From a virus (lineage: Duplodnaviria; Caudoviricetes): DNA of 64,000 nucleotides. The position numbers and the translations under genes are program-made. The stretch covers positions 15,333 through 79,332 of IMG/VR virus record IMGVR_UViG_3300043432_000238; one strand, 5' to 3'. The notes below the pieces were generated by a model that did no database searches, was not told the origin of the DNA, and saw only the letters and a list, made by a program, of their open reading frames with translations. This document shows, in pieces, positions 55,101 through 62,305 of this stretch (its first letter is position 1; each line of letters begins with the position of its first letter).

Positions 55101-57966
55101 AGGCGTAAAGCCTTCACTTCGCGCGCAGATCGTCGCCATCGCCTCCGAAGGCGGCCGTCAGCTCGTGGACATCTATGGCGCAAAACTGATGCCGGCGATC
55201 GCGCCCCACCGCGCTGCGATTGAGGACATGGCGCTGCCTTTGTCGACCGACCGCATCGGTGAGGGCTTCTCGCGCTTCTTCCGCGAGTTCGTGCTGAAAC
55301 CGGGCGATCTGCGCCAGCGCCAGCGCGCTCTGTATGATGACTTCTCCGATTTCCTCGATGCCGAGGCCCCGCAATTGCTGGAAGCCATCGACGAGATGCA
55401 CCGGATCGGCCGAGAGCGCATCGCCGAGATCAAGGCACGGGCGACATCTGCCGGTTCAGGTGGCGCATCGCCGCCGCCGAGCGCGCCGCCCCATGTCGGC
55501 ACGGGAGCGCCAGAGCCGGATAGACGCCGTTTGCCGCTGGTCTTCCGCCAGTTCGTCGACGGCTGGAAGCGCAATTTCCAGCCCGAGCTGATCTCGACGA
55601 GGGCGCTCGAAGCCGACCCGCTGTTTGCGAAATACAAGTCGGCGCCGGCGAAAGACAAGGACATGATCGTCGCCCGCGGCGAGGAACTCTACGACCATTG
55701 GAACACCATCCCGGAGCGCCAGCGCCTCGACTTCATCCGCGATGTCGAGCTGGGTGCCGCCCAGCCGACGCCCGAGCTTGCCGAGATCGCCTGGCGTTAC
55801 CGCCAGATGCTCGACCAGGCGCAGCGGGACGAGGCCGTCTACGGCTCAAAGGCAGCTTATGTCGAGGACTATTTCCCCCACATCTGGGAGGACGCCGCCA
55901 AGGCGCGCGAAGTTTTCAAGGCGCTGTCCGCCGCGCAGAATCTCGGGCCGAAATGGTTCCAGAAAGAGCGCGTCTTCGACCTGATCGAGGAAGGCATCAA
56001 AGCCGGCCTGAAACTGAAGACCACCAACCCGGAAGAGCTCGTCTCGCTCCGCCTGATGGCCGGCGCCGACATGCGGATGCGCATGGAGTTACTCCAGGAA
56101 CTCGAAAAGATGGGTCTTGCCCGCAGGGTCAAGGAGCTGAATGTCAGGCTCGACATCGGCGCCAACGGCGGACCGCAACTCGACGAAGGCTCGGGTTTCG
56201 CTCGGGAAGGCTGGGCCGCGATCAACGCCCCGAACATGGAGCAATGGCTGATCTCGCCGGATATCCAGCCGATCTGGGAGAATGCGGTGGAGAGCAAGGG
56301 GCTCTGGGCCGATGAAGGTATTGCCGGCTCGGCCTTCAAAAAGTGGATGGCGTTCAAGAACATCTGGGTGCCGATCAAGCTCTCGATCTCGGCGTTCCAC
56401 CCGCTGCATGTCATGCACATCAATTTCAACAACGACATGGCGCGGGGCCTGACGCAGATCATTCGCGGCGGCGATTTTGTCGGCGGGATGCGCAGCATGG
56501 CCGGCGCCTTCGATATGCGCCAGGGCGTTGGTTATGACGCGCGGCAAGCCTGGCTGAAGCCGCGCGAGGAGCAGACGCCGTTCGAGCGCGCCATCGTCGA
56601 CCTGATGACCGATGGCGGCTTCGTGCCGCAGCTTTCCGAGCAGCTCCGCATTGCCGGCCGGCGCAGCTTCCAGAAAGCCATTGATGAGAGCCGGTGGCTG
56701 GCGGCGATGCCGCTCGGCCTTCGGCGTGGACTGGAACTTCTCCAGGGTCGAATTTTCGAGCGCTGGATTCCCGGCATCAAAGCCGCCGCCTACATTAAGG
56801 AGGCGCAGGCTCTGTTCGAGCGCCGGCCGGATCTGCTCGACGACAATATCCAGCGCCGCGTCGCGCTCCGCGCCATCGCCAAATCCGTCGACAACCGTTT
56901 CGGCGAGATGTTCTACGGCAGCCTGTTCTGGAACCGGACCATCAAGGACGCTGGTATCGGCTCTTTCCTGTCGCTCGGTTGGAACCTCGGTTTCTTCCGC
57001 GAGTTCGGCGGTGCCGTCATCGACACCGGTTTGAGGTTCAAGCCGAATTCAAAACCACGCCAGACTATCTTGGATGCCACCAACAAGATGGAGTTCGCTC
57101 TTCTTTACTTCCTCACCGGGGCGGCGCTTGCCGGAGCGATGACCTATGCCTTCACCGGCGAGATGCCGAAGGACGATGATTTCACCTTCCCGCGCATCGG
57201 CGGCCTCAATCCCGACGGCTCGCCGCGCCGCATCACCACGATGTTCTACAACCGCGAATATCCGATGCTGATGAAGCACATCCAGGAACAGGGCGGCGGT
57301 CTTGGCGGCTCGATCTCGGGTCTGTTCGAGATGTACTACAACAAGACCATGATCCAGCCGTTCAGGGAAATCGCGCAGAACAAGGATTATTTCGGCTATC
57401 CTTTGTGGGACGAGAGCGCGCCGCTGTATAAGAAAGCCTTCCAGTTCGCCAAGAAGGAATTCGCCAACCAGATGATCCCGATGACCGGATCGGGCGCTGC
57501 CCGCGCCGCGACGCTGGGCAATTCATGGACCGATAAGGGCGTATTTCTGTCCTTCCTCGGCTTCGGCCCGGCACCGTCCTATGTCGAGAAGACCGCGATC
57601 GAGAACCACATCCAGCATCTCTACGGCAAATATGTCGCGCCCTCGGCGAAACCCTATGCAGCGGAGGAGCGTGATCGGATTAAGCGCGAAGCAAAGGACG
57701 AGCTGCGCCTTGCCAATCAGCGCGGCGATGTGGATGCGGCCAACGCCGCGAGAAAGAAGGCCATAGACGCTGGGGCCAAGGGCAAATATCTGACGGCGTC
57801 GAAGCTGAACCAGAACAGTACCTATTTCCTCTTCAGCAGACTGCCGGAGGACATCCAGCGGCAAGTGCTGGAAGAGGCGTCGCCCGCCGAGGTGAACGCC
57901 TATCGTAGTTACGCCAAGGCTAAGGTGCAAACGGCGTTCCCGGCGCGGCCGGTCACCGCGCATTAA
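46123..57966 (+). CDS. 3,947-aa polyvalent ejected virion protein (ParB-like, two ART-like domains, HExxH metallopeptidase)
   Basis: LQPRDRSR...SDSGAPVV...SGNGR; YHGSPHAFDKFDLSKIGTGEGAQVFGHGLYF; IYHETVH; VYHGT...AFFFS...VFPAFI. Confidence 0.88.
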   Translation: MDEMPVSTLAGGAEMDLRAQLDALDDTPQTTIIPKSRPEGSADVEVDPLMQQITDSGKLDQLTRSVVNDRDMAPIDATARSQAEAHQGMLDEWEKEVAHQQALLADPSISGQPVDILKANLAFAEKRRDEIRAERDKARALQTENLSDFWQPFAQAFAPQPTEAKALQQYAESAGADGLAAGAGAFADYLGSELAASGWEPLSLSKVSGISDFGRYLEQTAGSAAGTLAHFGTIGALTGGTGVVADLMAQGHGQMRQALEQAGVTDKASLAKGTYTYGTLVGGLQAVVPWAVMRGLTAPAQAAFVGTLAQISARVATGSLKMGLAQTLAMSLAGVAETYGITDVTGKPIDWGAVGQKVLEDIPQNAITGTLFGAFGEAGKIAGGGYKLRSSDEQVQAFMELAGIKPGTPAADEFMAAKAKFDAERAAAEQAARPRLPAPQMGETTAGEAATGKPSPAPDALRQELGELATERTPEADARRAEIERQLAAAEQKPEAKAPEEDALRSELARQDEAVGTPVLTQAYDRLSDAQRREAADRVGKGEDAADVVENIAIRSVQVEQYLEDNDLSLSDEAKGGVTRWMANGRPIEEAASLYAEEEFLRELTSRQGLAAGAPAGETAAAGGGATAEPNAGAGEPAAGSASGATGTAVAGAEPTAGEPAAGAAGAITRPAAAEPTAAAPGTSLPAGGAPAAAGLEPGSARPGGEPVAGMGTGGAGPEGTPAAGRAGGVAPASGGEGAAGAGSGITFKTAKGSSYVVHDDGTTSRDKKYRPEHGEKEQGPQPRSERTFYVTAEDAQKLGEFQTQGTKKAVVVDEKTGHAAVKYLEGKAAGKIEKRTVVKFQTEPAVGLTPVEIWKDGTRVHFGNAITEVTQPREIVTPDGSMSVKTTPEIVDLASLKTASGNLQPRDRSRAESQIQIRNIAANLDPQQLMPARVSDSGAPVVAQDGTVISGNGRVAALAEVYRDPALKEKADAYRAALGPAAEGMQEPVMVSRLPAMEQAELEKFADLSNRSRIGAMSATERAMRDARAAGPEIMGLYTGGAFTSPANRDFFRTFLAKAVAQNERGAISRDGMLTKEGEDRLSAAVLAAAYGDQDLLARMLESTDDNIRNVTGAMRDAAGAFIRLKETIRSGQASEKFDITPQITETAKRIADLRSRDIKPAAFLAQQDAFTQIDPIVEALLRAFYNDDLSRALSREKLTEVLIRYAEEAEKHTENGLIPDETTPEDVIRVVRDRALAGERLAASQTDIFTSRPSAAGGTAAGAGTEGQRPSNAERGREPGGTAQPTQGQPGLTQSQLLKSATWHEPLQSLKLAEEDAAKLASKLTGEARALVGQIGANAVQIRDRVRAQDFAGAEQLLRQTLDAAARAAALDDRANLPTQWVRQAANALPGTEAGKAAVAQNFTHEQNIFRAAWSDSVRSLDDFINRGFEGEAPASIRRAAEFTGDARGAFDRLIGDYKDIVEAYTAGNRGSAVTALGKAIEDAALLDRLDDSPKARLFTQYARFMARKHLGETKAPAPTITPEQRDHFREVLRGSTPRKQWMSELGVDPAQMDALIREGEAQGLLRVDRNGIVRRTAKARTDEPTPEEQMLAMRAYHGSPHAFDKFDLSKIGTGEGAQVFGHGLYFAENEATAKSYQLTLGMRAADPQLLAKETMPDLLKKQPTLGGMLYQAAINGRKSALDEALAIQMQSIDLRDPGDMRKVGPVRKRLAEAIQALRDQSKGNLYEVSLDVEPHQLLDWDKPLSEQSPEVRQALLDNFVQVRLQTGDIASGIYTRAEAEQIAAKPGRAVVPLSDDVRGDTIVQYADDPEFVSALREAGIAGIRYLDQGSRTLDVQILNPHETTHGNWVVKQIPNGEVYYRGSDEAAARAAYEAAPKPTHNIVIFDDSLIKITHKNGVPVTAKERADALDQMHSDQAAADEQRFALRGFYSPAIQAAESIAQAKGTGEQFWKQITKVPGVKKDELDWMGLEEFLKDKTSITKADVLDYMRAHQAVLEEKVLGGTPEGQVSRWEISLGTLRNLLRMDQDELPDGAYTDIEQFASGKEQAFVVYDPHGPGGGWFVLDDSGNPRGASSREQALHMATGYVTSESETAPKFGEYKVPGGENYRELLLRLPELADRKLTPEQQNRIAQIGADMRDLRARMSEGDAPQREALRKKNRALSAEENAIQDTVRPYLSKHFQDQELVHLRVDDRYIPAPGPSAERAAAIREQLLDLNAADPEAKALREELNPKRKILFINEVQSDLHQEGRRAGYQQEDLSGRIAEARAAVLKALEDERSASVAYERDESRFQQLRDAAIRVSDARNELSALEEAERVPNAPFKGDLWLELALKRALQYAAENGYDAISWARSDQIAKAVGAEPEKLALQYDQKIGKFLDKYTRKWGGKVESEKGIVKPEHLQADVDVGDGYISEHFYRPMRELLPRPFNSDHYARLAFDETALGEIPRSFDVLGAIREAGDPANVEKAKKLLEAYQKHLTPRPEPNPILRITPEMRDAIERGQPLFALTDQQSRVHVMRQLSAGRAAEIEPRLVSAVNDVLAPIAQGLPEGVRIGAVSRVEPTSDPEQFTAHFAAPDGSAFTLPVTGMHIFDGRAAYNPRTDTIISLRFGALPGETASSHFSRALRGEIYHETVHAVWRRLPSSLRTALIDHANSLHIMNLPFRRYLGLIGDPSAHNAPITSLRFNYEEAYSERKDVPGLIDQEAAAHMMELYVHGVLSDEQVAPVKGILDALINDAGGFVKQARRKGGGAALLAARGTETDATQPRTPTEVKVYHGTGAEMEQFDPEFFGQRTQFREPGEKPNRTTEKAFFFSAEPSLANAYAENRTNVPYELRAEAIKSGFAEGDDPTAFSSLSRYNPKIVEEKMNRLEEQYFQSGARVFPAFIETKNFKSVDMKGYRWNSDEGTKIRSQINKARKEGFSGLIIDGMQDAGGSTARQYAVWDKGTVRSALSDNMLFAMRSQSAGINEIFAGIRADLGLKEPEGPKKGVKPSLRAQIVAIASEGGRQLVDIYGAKLMPAIAPHRAAIEDMALPLSTDRIGEGFSRFFREFVLKPGDLRQRQRALYDDFSDFLDAEAPQLLEAIDEMHRIGRERIAEIKARATSAGSGGASPPPSAPPHVGTGAPEPDRRRLPLVFRQFVDGWKRNFQPELISTRALEADPLFAKYKSAPAKDKDMIVARGEELYDHWNTIPERQRLDFIRDVELGAAQPTPELAEIAWRYRQMLDQAQRDEAVYGSKAAYVEDYFPHIWEDAAKAREVFKALSAAQNLGPKWFQKERVFDLIEEGIKAGLKLKTTNPEELVSLRLMAGADMRMRMELLQELEKMGLARRVKELNVRLDIGANGGPQLDEGSGFAREGWAAINAPNMEQWLISPDIQPIWENAVESKGLWADEGIAGSAFKKWMAFKNIWVPIKLSISAFHPLHVMHINFNNDMARGLTQIIRGGDFVGGMRSMAGAFDMRQGVGYDARQAWLKPREEQTPFERAIVDLMTDGGFVPQLSEQLRIAGRRSFQKAIDESRWLAAMPLGLRRGLELLQGRIFERWIPGIKAAAYIKEAQALFERRPDLLDDNIQRRVALRAIAKSVDNRFGEMFYGSLFWNRTIKDAGIGSFLSLGWNLGFFREFGGAVIDTGLRFKPNSKPRQTILDATNKMEFALLYFLTGAALAGAMTYAFTGEMPKDDDFTFPRIGGLNPDGSPRRITTMFYNREYPMLMKHIQEQGGGLGGSISGLFEMYYNKTMIQPFREIAQNKDYFGYPLWDESAPLYKKAFQFAKKEFANQMIPMTGSGAARAATLGNSWTDKGVFLSFLGFGPAPSYVEKTAIENHIQHLYGKYVAPSAKPYAAEERDRIKREAKDELRLANQRGDVDAANAARKKAIDAGAKGKYLTASKLNQNSTYFLFSRLPEDIQRQVLEEASPAEVNAYRSYAKAKVQTAFPARPVTAH

Positions 57967-58187
57967 TTGTTCTTGTCCATCCATTTGCCGACGAAACCGG
58001 AGACCATGGCGGCAATGGCCCAGAGCAGAAACTTCGTCTGGGTAGCCTCCTGCGTCGCGATCTCCGGTATATACCAATAATCGAAACACCAGCCGGCTCC
58101 GATCAGGAACGGGGGCACCAGCACAGCCAGACGCAAGGTCGGCGCGCACGCGCCGATGACGATGCCCATAATGATGACGATGAGCAT
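57963..58187 (-). CDS. Small membrane protein (moron)
   Basis: 74 aa, mostly hydrophobic. Confidence 0.6.
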   Translation of the reverse strand: MLIVIIMGIVIGACAPTLRLAVLVPPFLIGAGWCFDYWYIPEIATQEATQTKFLLWAIAAMVSGFVGKWMDKNN

Positions 58188-58257
58188 GGAAGTCGCCTCA
58201 GAAGATGATGTGGGAAGGGCCGAAAATTGCGGCAACGAAAACGAGGTTGCCGCAATC

Positions 58258-58518
58258 TCATGGCTTCTCTTTTTGGCCACTTTCCAACGCGTCGAGACGT
58301 TGTTCAATCGCACGAAGGCGCTGATCCAGTTTCATATTGGCAGATGACATCGGCGAAATCGCATTGACCATTCGACTTAAGCTTTCGGTCTGCATGCTGA
58401 AACGATCGTTCGTCCACTTCGCCTGCTGAATAACCTGATCTAATTTTTGTTCAATTTGATGATACTGTTTCGCGACGATCTCTCGAATTTCGGAAACGAT
58501 ACTCTTGACGTCGGTCAT
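58258..58518 (-). CDS. Coiled-coil hypothetical protein
   Basis: AAGGAGA RBS; heptad pattern. Confidence 0.6.
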   Translation of the reverse strand: MTDVKSIVSEIREIVAKQYHQIEQKLDQVIQQAKWTNDRFSMQTESLSRMVNAISPMSSANMKLDQRLRAIEQRLDALESGQKEKP

Positions 58519-58541
58519 GCCTTCTCCTTTAGGCCGCTCAC

Positions 58542-58850
58542 CTACGCGGCAGCCTCGATGCGCTCGATCTTCAGGCTCTTTGCCTGCTGCTGAGCCACCC
58601 AAAGATCATGGGCCATCTGCATCCGGAGCCAAGTCTCGGGCGTCGAGCCGAACGCCATCGACAAGCGCAAGGCCATCGTCGCAGAAACACCAGTACGCTC
58701 GTTGAGCACTTCAGAAAGCGCCTGACGAGTGACGCCAAGATGCTTGGCGGCTGCTGTCACCGTGAGCCCGAGCGGCTCCAGGCACTGACGTCTTACGAAT
58801 CCGCCGGGATGCGTCGGTTTGCGGTTGGGATCTCTAGTGGTAGTCTTCAT
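58542..58850 (-). CDS. higA: HigA-family antitoxin
   Basis: PTHPG...LGLTVTAAAKHLGVTRQALSEVLN...MALRLSMAFGSTPETWLRMQ...DLW. Confidence 0.93.
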   Translation of the reverse strand: MKTTTRDPNRKPTHPGGFVRRQCLEPLGLTVTAAAKHLGVTRQALSEVLNERTGVSATMALRLSMAFGSTPETWLRMQMAHDLWVAQQQAKSLKIERIEAAA

Positions 58851-59099
58851 AATCGACCTCGATCGCGTCACCATCGGCCCAGGCGAAAGTGATGCGGTAA
58901 TTGGCGCGCACGGTCACGCTGTAGCAACTCTCAGAGAGTGGAAACGAAGACCCGGGACGTCCATAGCTTGGGGAGATCCGGCGACATCGAGCGCGTCCAG
59001 AATATCGGCGGTCTGCTGAAGATCGTGTTTCTGAAACTTGCTCTCGTCGCCGCGTTCCCAGAACCGTTTCAGAGCGCGGCTGCGAAATGATCTGATCAT
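58834..59099 (-). pseudogene. higB: HigB-family toxin, frameshifted
   Basis: Frame 1 MIRSFRSRALKRFW...PGLRFHSL then an early stop; frame 2 YSVTVRANYRITF...EVDYEDYH. Confidence 0.85.
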
Positions 59100-59143
59100 G
59101 AAAATAGTCCTCTGGGTGTCGACCGTCAAGCGATTGGCGACAG

Positions 59144-59308
59144 CTAACCCTTCTTGGACTGCTTTGAGGCTTCAAGGCCGAGTTCGATGAGACGGCGGAT
59201 GGCCTCTGAACGGGACGCCAGACGGTTTGCAAACCGGTAATCATCTACAGCGTCCAACAACCGGCGCGGGATTGGCGTGATGATCCGAGGGTCTTTTTCA
59301 TCGCTCAT
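59144..59308 (-). CDS. Ribbon-helix-helix (CopG-like) regulator
   Basis: IITPIP...LDAVDDYR...SRSEAIRRLIELGL. Confidence 0.85.
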   Translation of the reverse strand: MSDEKDPRIITPIPRRLLDAVDDYRFANRLASRSEAIRRLIELGLEASKQSKKG

Positions 59309-59336
59309 GCGCGGACGATATGGACGTATGTCGAAT

Positions 59337-59380
59337 ATGTCAACTATGCTATTGACATAGCGGTATGCCACAAACATACT
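59337..59380 (+). promoter_or_regulatory. Sigma70-type promoter with an overlapping inverted repeat
   Basis: TTGACA (59352) N17 CATACT (59375); ATGTCAA-N8-TTGACAT at 59337-59358. Confidence 0.7.
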
Positions 59381-59454
59381 CGGCATATCGAGGCTAGAAG
59401 GTGTTTGAGCCACCTCCCAGCCTCTAACCACAGCAACCTTCTGAGGAGGCTACC

Positions 59455-59706
59455 GTGACTGTCATCGACCTACCATCTCGCCTGACCACTGCCAAGCCTG
59501 AGCGTCCGAGCATCGCCACTCCGATTCTAAACAAGGAGCGGATCTGCAAGTCGCTCGAGGAGATCGACCAGAACATTGATCTGCTGTTCTGCGTCAAGGG
59601 CACGATCGTCGGATCGCAGGATGTACCGGACGAAGTCATTGCGGCGCTGAACATGATCCACGGCCGGCTGCGCCGTCTGACGGACAACTTGTTCGCGATC
59701 CTCTGA
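59455..59706 (+). CDS. Hypothetical protein divergent from the RHH gene
   Basis: GAGGAGG RBS, GTG start. Confidence 0.7.
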   Translation: MTVIDLPSRLTTAKPERPSIATPILNKERICKSLEEIDQNIDLLFCVKGTIVGSQDVPDEVIAALNMIHGRLRRLTDNLFAIL

Positions 59707-59757
59707 TGATAGAAAGACGGAAACTATCCGTCGCAAAGACAGATATTATCTATCAAG

Positions 59758-59779
59758 GCCCGCCACTCGCGGGCTTTTT
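59758..59779 (+). terminator. Rho-independent terminator
   Basis: GCCCGC-CACTC-GCGGGC-TTTTT. Confidence 0.75.
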
Positions 59780-59802
59780 GTCGTGACAGCGATTGTCGCC
59801 GG

Positions 59803-59841
59803 TTGACGCGGCAGCGGCGAATACATAGAATACGTGTATTC
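59803..59841 (+). promoter_or_regulatory. TA operon promoter/operator
   Basis: TTGACG (59803) N17 TAGAAT (59826); repeated GAATAC and inverted GTATTC over the -10. Confidence 0.7.
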
Positions 59842-59856
59842 ACTGGAGTTTCCGAC

Positions 59857-60078
59857 ATGGTTACCTCGATCCGCCTGGATGCCGAGACCGATCAGCGCCT
59901 TACGGCACTTGCCGCTCAGACCGGGCGCAGCAAGGCGTATTATCTGCGCGAACTAATCCAGCGAGGCATGGACGATCTGGAAGACTACTATCTCGCGACG
60001 CAGACTCTGGAGCGCGTCCGGAAAGGTGAAGAGCGCATCTTGAGCAGCGAGGAGTTCTGGTGTGCCGTGGAGGATTGA
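59857..60078 (+). CDS. RHH antitoxin (RelB/StbD-like)
   Basis: SIRLDAETDQRLTALAAQTGRSKAYYLRELI...LEDYYLA. Confidence 0.9.
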   Translation: MVTSIRLDAETDQRLTALAAQTGRSKAYYLRELIQRGMDDLEDYYLATQTLERVRKGEERILSSEEFWCAVED

Positions 60079-60331
60079 GTACGCCGCCACGGTCGAGAAG
60101 TCGATGCGGAAGCTCGATAGCCAGACCCGTAAGCGCCTTTGCGATTTTCTCGAAACACGAATCGCTAATCTGGATGATCCGCGGCAACAAGGCAGTGCGT
60201 TGACCGGAACGCTGGGCGGGTTATGGAGATACCGGGTCGGGGATCATCGGATCATCTGTGAGATCCAGGACTTCCGCATCGTGATCCTCGTGCTTAGGAT
60301 CGGCCATCGGCGCGAGATCTACCGGGATTGA
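60062..60331 (+). CDS. relE: RelE/StbE-family toxin
   Basis: GSALTG...LWRYRVGDHRIICEIQD...LVLRIGHRREIY. Confidence 0.92.
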   Translation: MPWRIEYAATVEKSMRKLDSQTRKRLCDFLETRIANLDDPRQQGSALTGTLGGLWRYRVGDHRIICEIQDFRIVILVLRIGHRREIYRD

Positions 60332-60367
60332 AATCAGCCTATGCTGGCCAAGAACGCAGTCGATTGA

Positions 60368-60392
60368 GCCCGCTACCCACGCGGGCTTTTTT
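60368..60392 (+). terminator. Rho-independent terminator
   Basis: GCCCGC-TACCCAC-GCGGGC-TTTTTT. Confidence 0.75.
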
Positions 60393-60406
60393 ATTGGAGC
60401 ATCCTG

Positions 60407-60976
60407 ATGCAATTCGAATCCGTCCAGCGCGGCTACGCGAGCCTATGGTCGCGCGCCGAGATCCGCCCGGAACGCGCCTCCGCCGCGACCGCAATCGCCA
60501 AGAAGCTCGCCGGCAACCAGACGCGCTATGCCAGCGTCTCGGCGAGCGTCGGCGCGCCCTGGTGGTGGGTGGCGATCATCCACCAGATGGAAGCGGATGC
60601 GAATTTCACCAAGCACCTGCACAATGGCGACCCGCTCAACGCGCGCACGACGCATGTGCCGCGCGGACGCCCGCCAAAACCTTTGAACCCGCCCTTCACC
60701 TGGGAGCAGTCCGCCGCCGACGCGCTGACCATGGAAGGCATTGCCGACGTCAAGAGCTGGGGGATTGCCCGCGCGCTCTACCAGTTCGAGAAATACAACG
60801 GCTTCGCCTACTTCAACCATGCCATCAACTCGCCTTACCTCTGGAGCTTCACCACGCTCTACGACAGGGGCAAATACGTCGCCGACGGCAAGTTCGACCC
60901 GGACGCCGTCAGCCAGCAATGCGGCGCTGCGGCCATCCTGAAGGCGATGGTCAGCGCAGGGATCGTCAGCCTCTAG
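60407..60976 (+). CDS. Endolysin (lysozyme-like)
   Basis: VAIIHQMEA...HLHNGDPL.ART.HVP.GRP...EKYNG...SPYLWS...GKYVADG...Q.GAAAIL. Confidence 0.85.
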   Translation: MQFESVQRGYASLWSRAEIRPERASAATAIAKKLAGNQTRYASVSASVGAPWWWVAIIHQMEADANFTKHLHNGDPLNARTTHVPRGRPPKPLNPPFTWEQSAADALTMEGIADVKSWGIARALYQFEKYNGFAYFNHAINSPYLWSFTTLYDRGKYVADGKFDPDAVSQQCGAAAILKAMVSAGIVSL

Positions 60977-61010
60977 CCGAGCATGGATCAATCAACCAAA
61001 GGAGATCGAT

Positions 61011-61226
61011 ATGGACGAATCCAAACCCTGGTACGCCTCGCAAACCGTCTGGGCCAGCATCATTCAGGTCGGCGTCGGGCTTGGCGTCAGCCTGCATCTG
61101 TTCGACAGCGCGGCCGGCGCCGCGATCGCCACCGAAGGCCCCGGCTTGCTGGTCGGCATCGCCACCACCGTGCTCGGCGTCTGGTCGTTCTATGGCCGGG
61201 TGAAAGCCTCCAAGACGATCGGCTGA
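61011..61226 (+). CDS. Holin
   Basis: KPWYASQTVW, two TM helices, basic C-terminus, directly after the endolysin. Confidence 0.8.
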   Translation: MDESKPWYASQTVWASIIQVGVGLGVSLHLFDSAAGAAIATEGPGLLVGIATTVLGVWSFYGRVKASKTIG

Positions 61227-61231
61227 GCCCC

Positions 61232-61561
61232 GTGGTCGCGGTCCACTTCCATCACCATTCCGACCCAGTCATCGAGCGCAGACTGGACCGGATCGAAGCG
61301 GCGCTCGAAACCATCATTGGAGATCTAAAACGAATGGCACTCAACTTCGACAGCCTCGAAACCGCGATGAGCGAAAATTCCTCCGCGATCGATAGCGCGA
61401 TCAAGGCGTTTCAGGATCTAGCGCAAGCGTTCAAGGATGAAGCCGCCAACCAGTCCAAGGTGTTGCAGCTCGCCGACCAGTTGCATCAGCGCGCACAGTC
61501 GCTGGCAGGTGCGATCGTGACCAACACGCCGGCCGATCCGGGCGCAGCTCCGGCCGCATGA
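61232..61561 (+). CDS. Hypothetical lysis-module protein (start uncertain)
   Basis: Helical ORF coupled to the next gene. Confidence 0.6.
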   Translation: MVAVHFHHHSDPVIERRLDRIEAALETIIGDLKRMALNFDSLETAMSENSSAIDSAIKAFQDLAQAFKDEAANQSKVLQLADQLHQRAQSLAGAIVTNTPADPGAAPAA

Positions 61562-61770
61562 GCTGGCTGCAGGCCATCCTCGCCGCGCTCCAGGCCATCA
61601 ACGCATTGGTGGCCTGGCTGCGCGAGCGGCAACTGATCACGGCCGGCGAAGCCGAAGCCGTCGCGGAAGGACTGAAGCTGACCAATGACCGTATCGCTGC
61701 GGCCCTGGCCGCTCGTCGGCGCGCTCGCGATAGCGATCCCGACCCTCACGATCCCTATCTCCGCGACTGA
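61558..61770 (+). CDS. Putative i-spanin (Rz-like)
   Basis: N-terminal TM, coiled coil, C-terminal DPYLRD. Confidence 0.65.
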   Translation: MSWLQAILAALQAINALVAWLRERQLITAGEAEAVAEGLKLTNDRIAAALAARRRARDSDPDPHDPYLRD

Positions 61771-61981
61771 CGCGGGAGATCGCCGGTTCTGCGCCGCGGA
61801 ATTCTATCTCGGTGGAACGGGCGGCTCGGTGCTGTGCGAGCAGCCGGCGCAAACCGCCGTCGCCGATACGGCCTGCCAAGCGTTCGAGCCGATCCGCTAC
61901 AGCCGCAAGGATACACCAGACACCATCAAAGCCATACGGGCTCACAATGCGGCCTGGGATGCGCTGTGCAAAGGCAAATGA
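61685..61981 (+). CDS. Putative o-spanin (Rz1-like), overlapping
   Basis: C..FEPIRYS..DT..T...IRAHNAAWDALC; no clear lipobox seen. Confidence 0.55.
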   Translation: MTVSLRPWPLVGALAIAIPTLTIPISATDAGDRRFCAAEFYLGGTGGSVLCEQPAQTAVADTACQAFEPIRYSRKDTPDTIKAIRAHNAAWDALCKGK

Positions 61982-61988
61982 GAGATGC

Positions 61989-62288
61989 ATGACAGATACC
62001 CCAGCTCGGGACGAGGCGAACCACGGCGCAAGGCTAACGGCTCTGGAGACTGGTTTGCGCCATTTCCAGGACATCTGCGACCTGCGGAACCAGCAGGTCA
62101 GGGACACGTTTGTGATATTGCAGCAGCAGAACGAGCGCCAGGACCGCGAACGGCAGGAAATGGAGAAGCGGCTGCAGGATCAGCTCGAGGAGCTCAACGC
62201 CTTATTGTGGAGCGGCATGAAATGGCTGGGCAGCTTTCTCGGCGTCACCTTATGCACGATTGTCTTGAAAGCATTGCGTCTCGTCTGA
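61989..62288 (+). CDS. Coiled-coil protein with C-terminal TM (XhlA-like)
   Basis: ARLTALE coiled coil then WLGSFLGVTLCTIVLKAL. Confidence 0.7.
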   Translation: MTDTPARDEANHGARLTALETGLRHFQDICDLRNQQVRDTFVILQQQNERQDRERQEMEKRLQDQLEELNALLWSGMKWLGSFLGVTLCTIVLKALRLV

Positions 62289-62305
62289 GGCAAAGCCGGT
62301 GGGTG

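Noticed and set aside
31491-57966. Diversity-generating retroelement, expected from the BPP-1-like virion module
   Set aside because: No reverse transcriptase motif and no TR/VR pair differing at adenines was seen in the window.
59706-59756. Riboswitch-like nested stems (TGATAGA/TCTATCA enclosing GACGG/CCGTC, followed by GCAAA)
   Set aside because: It sits 3' of a gene just before a terminator and only superficially resembles a c-di-GMP aptamer; the support is too weak.
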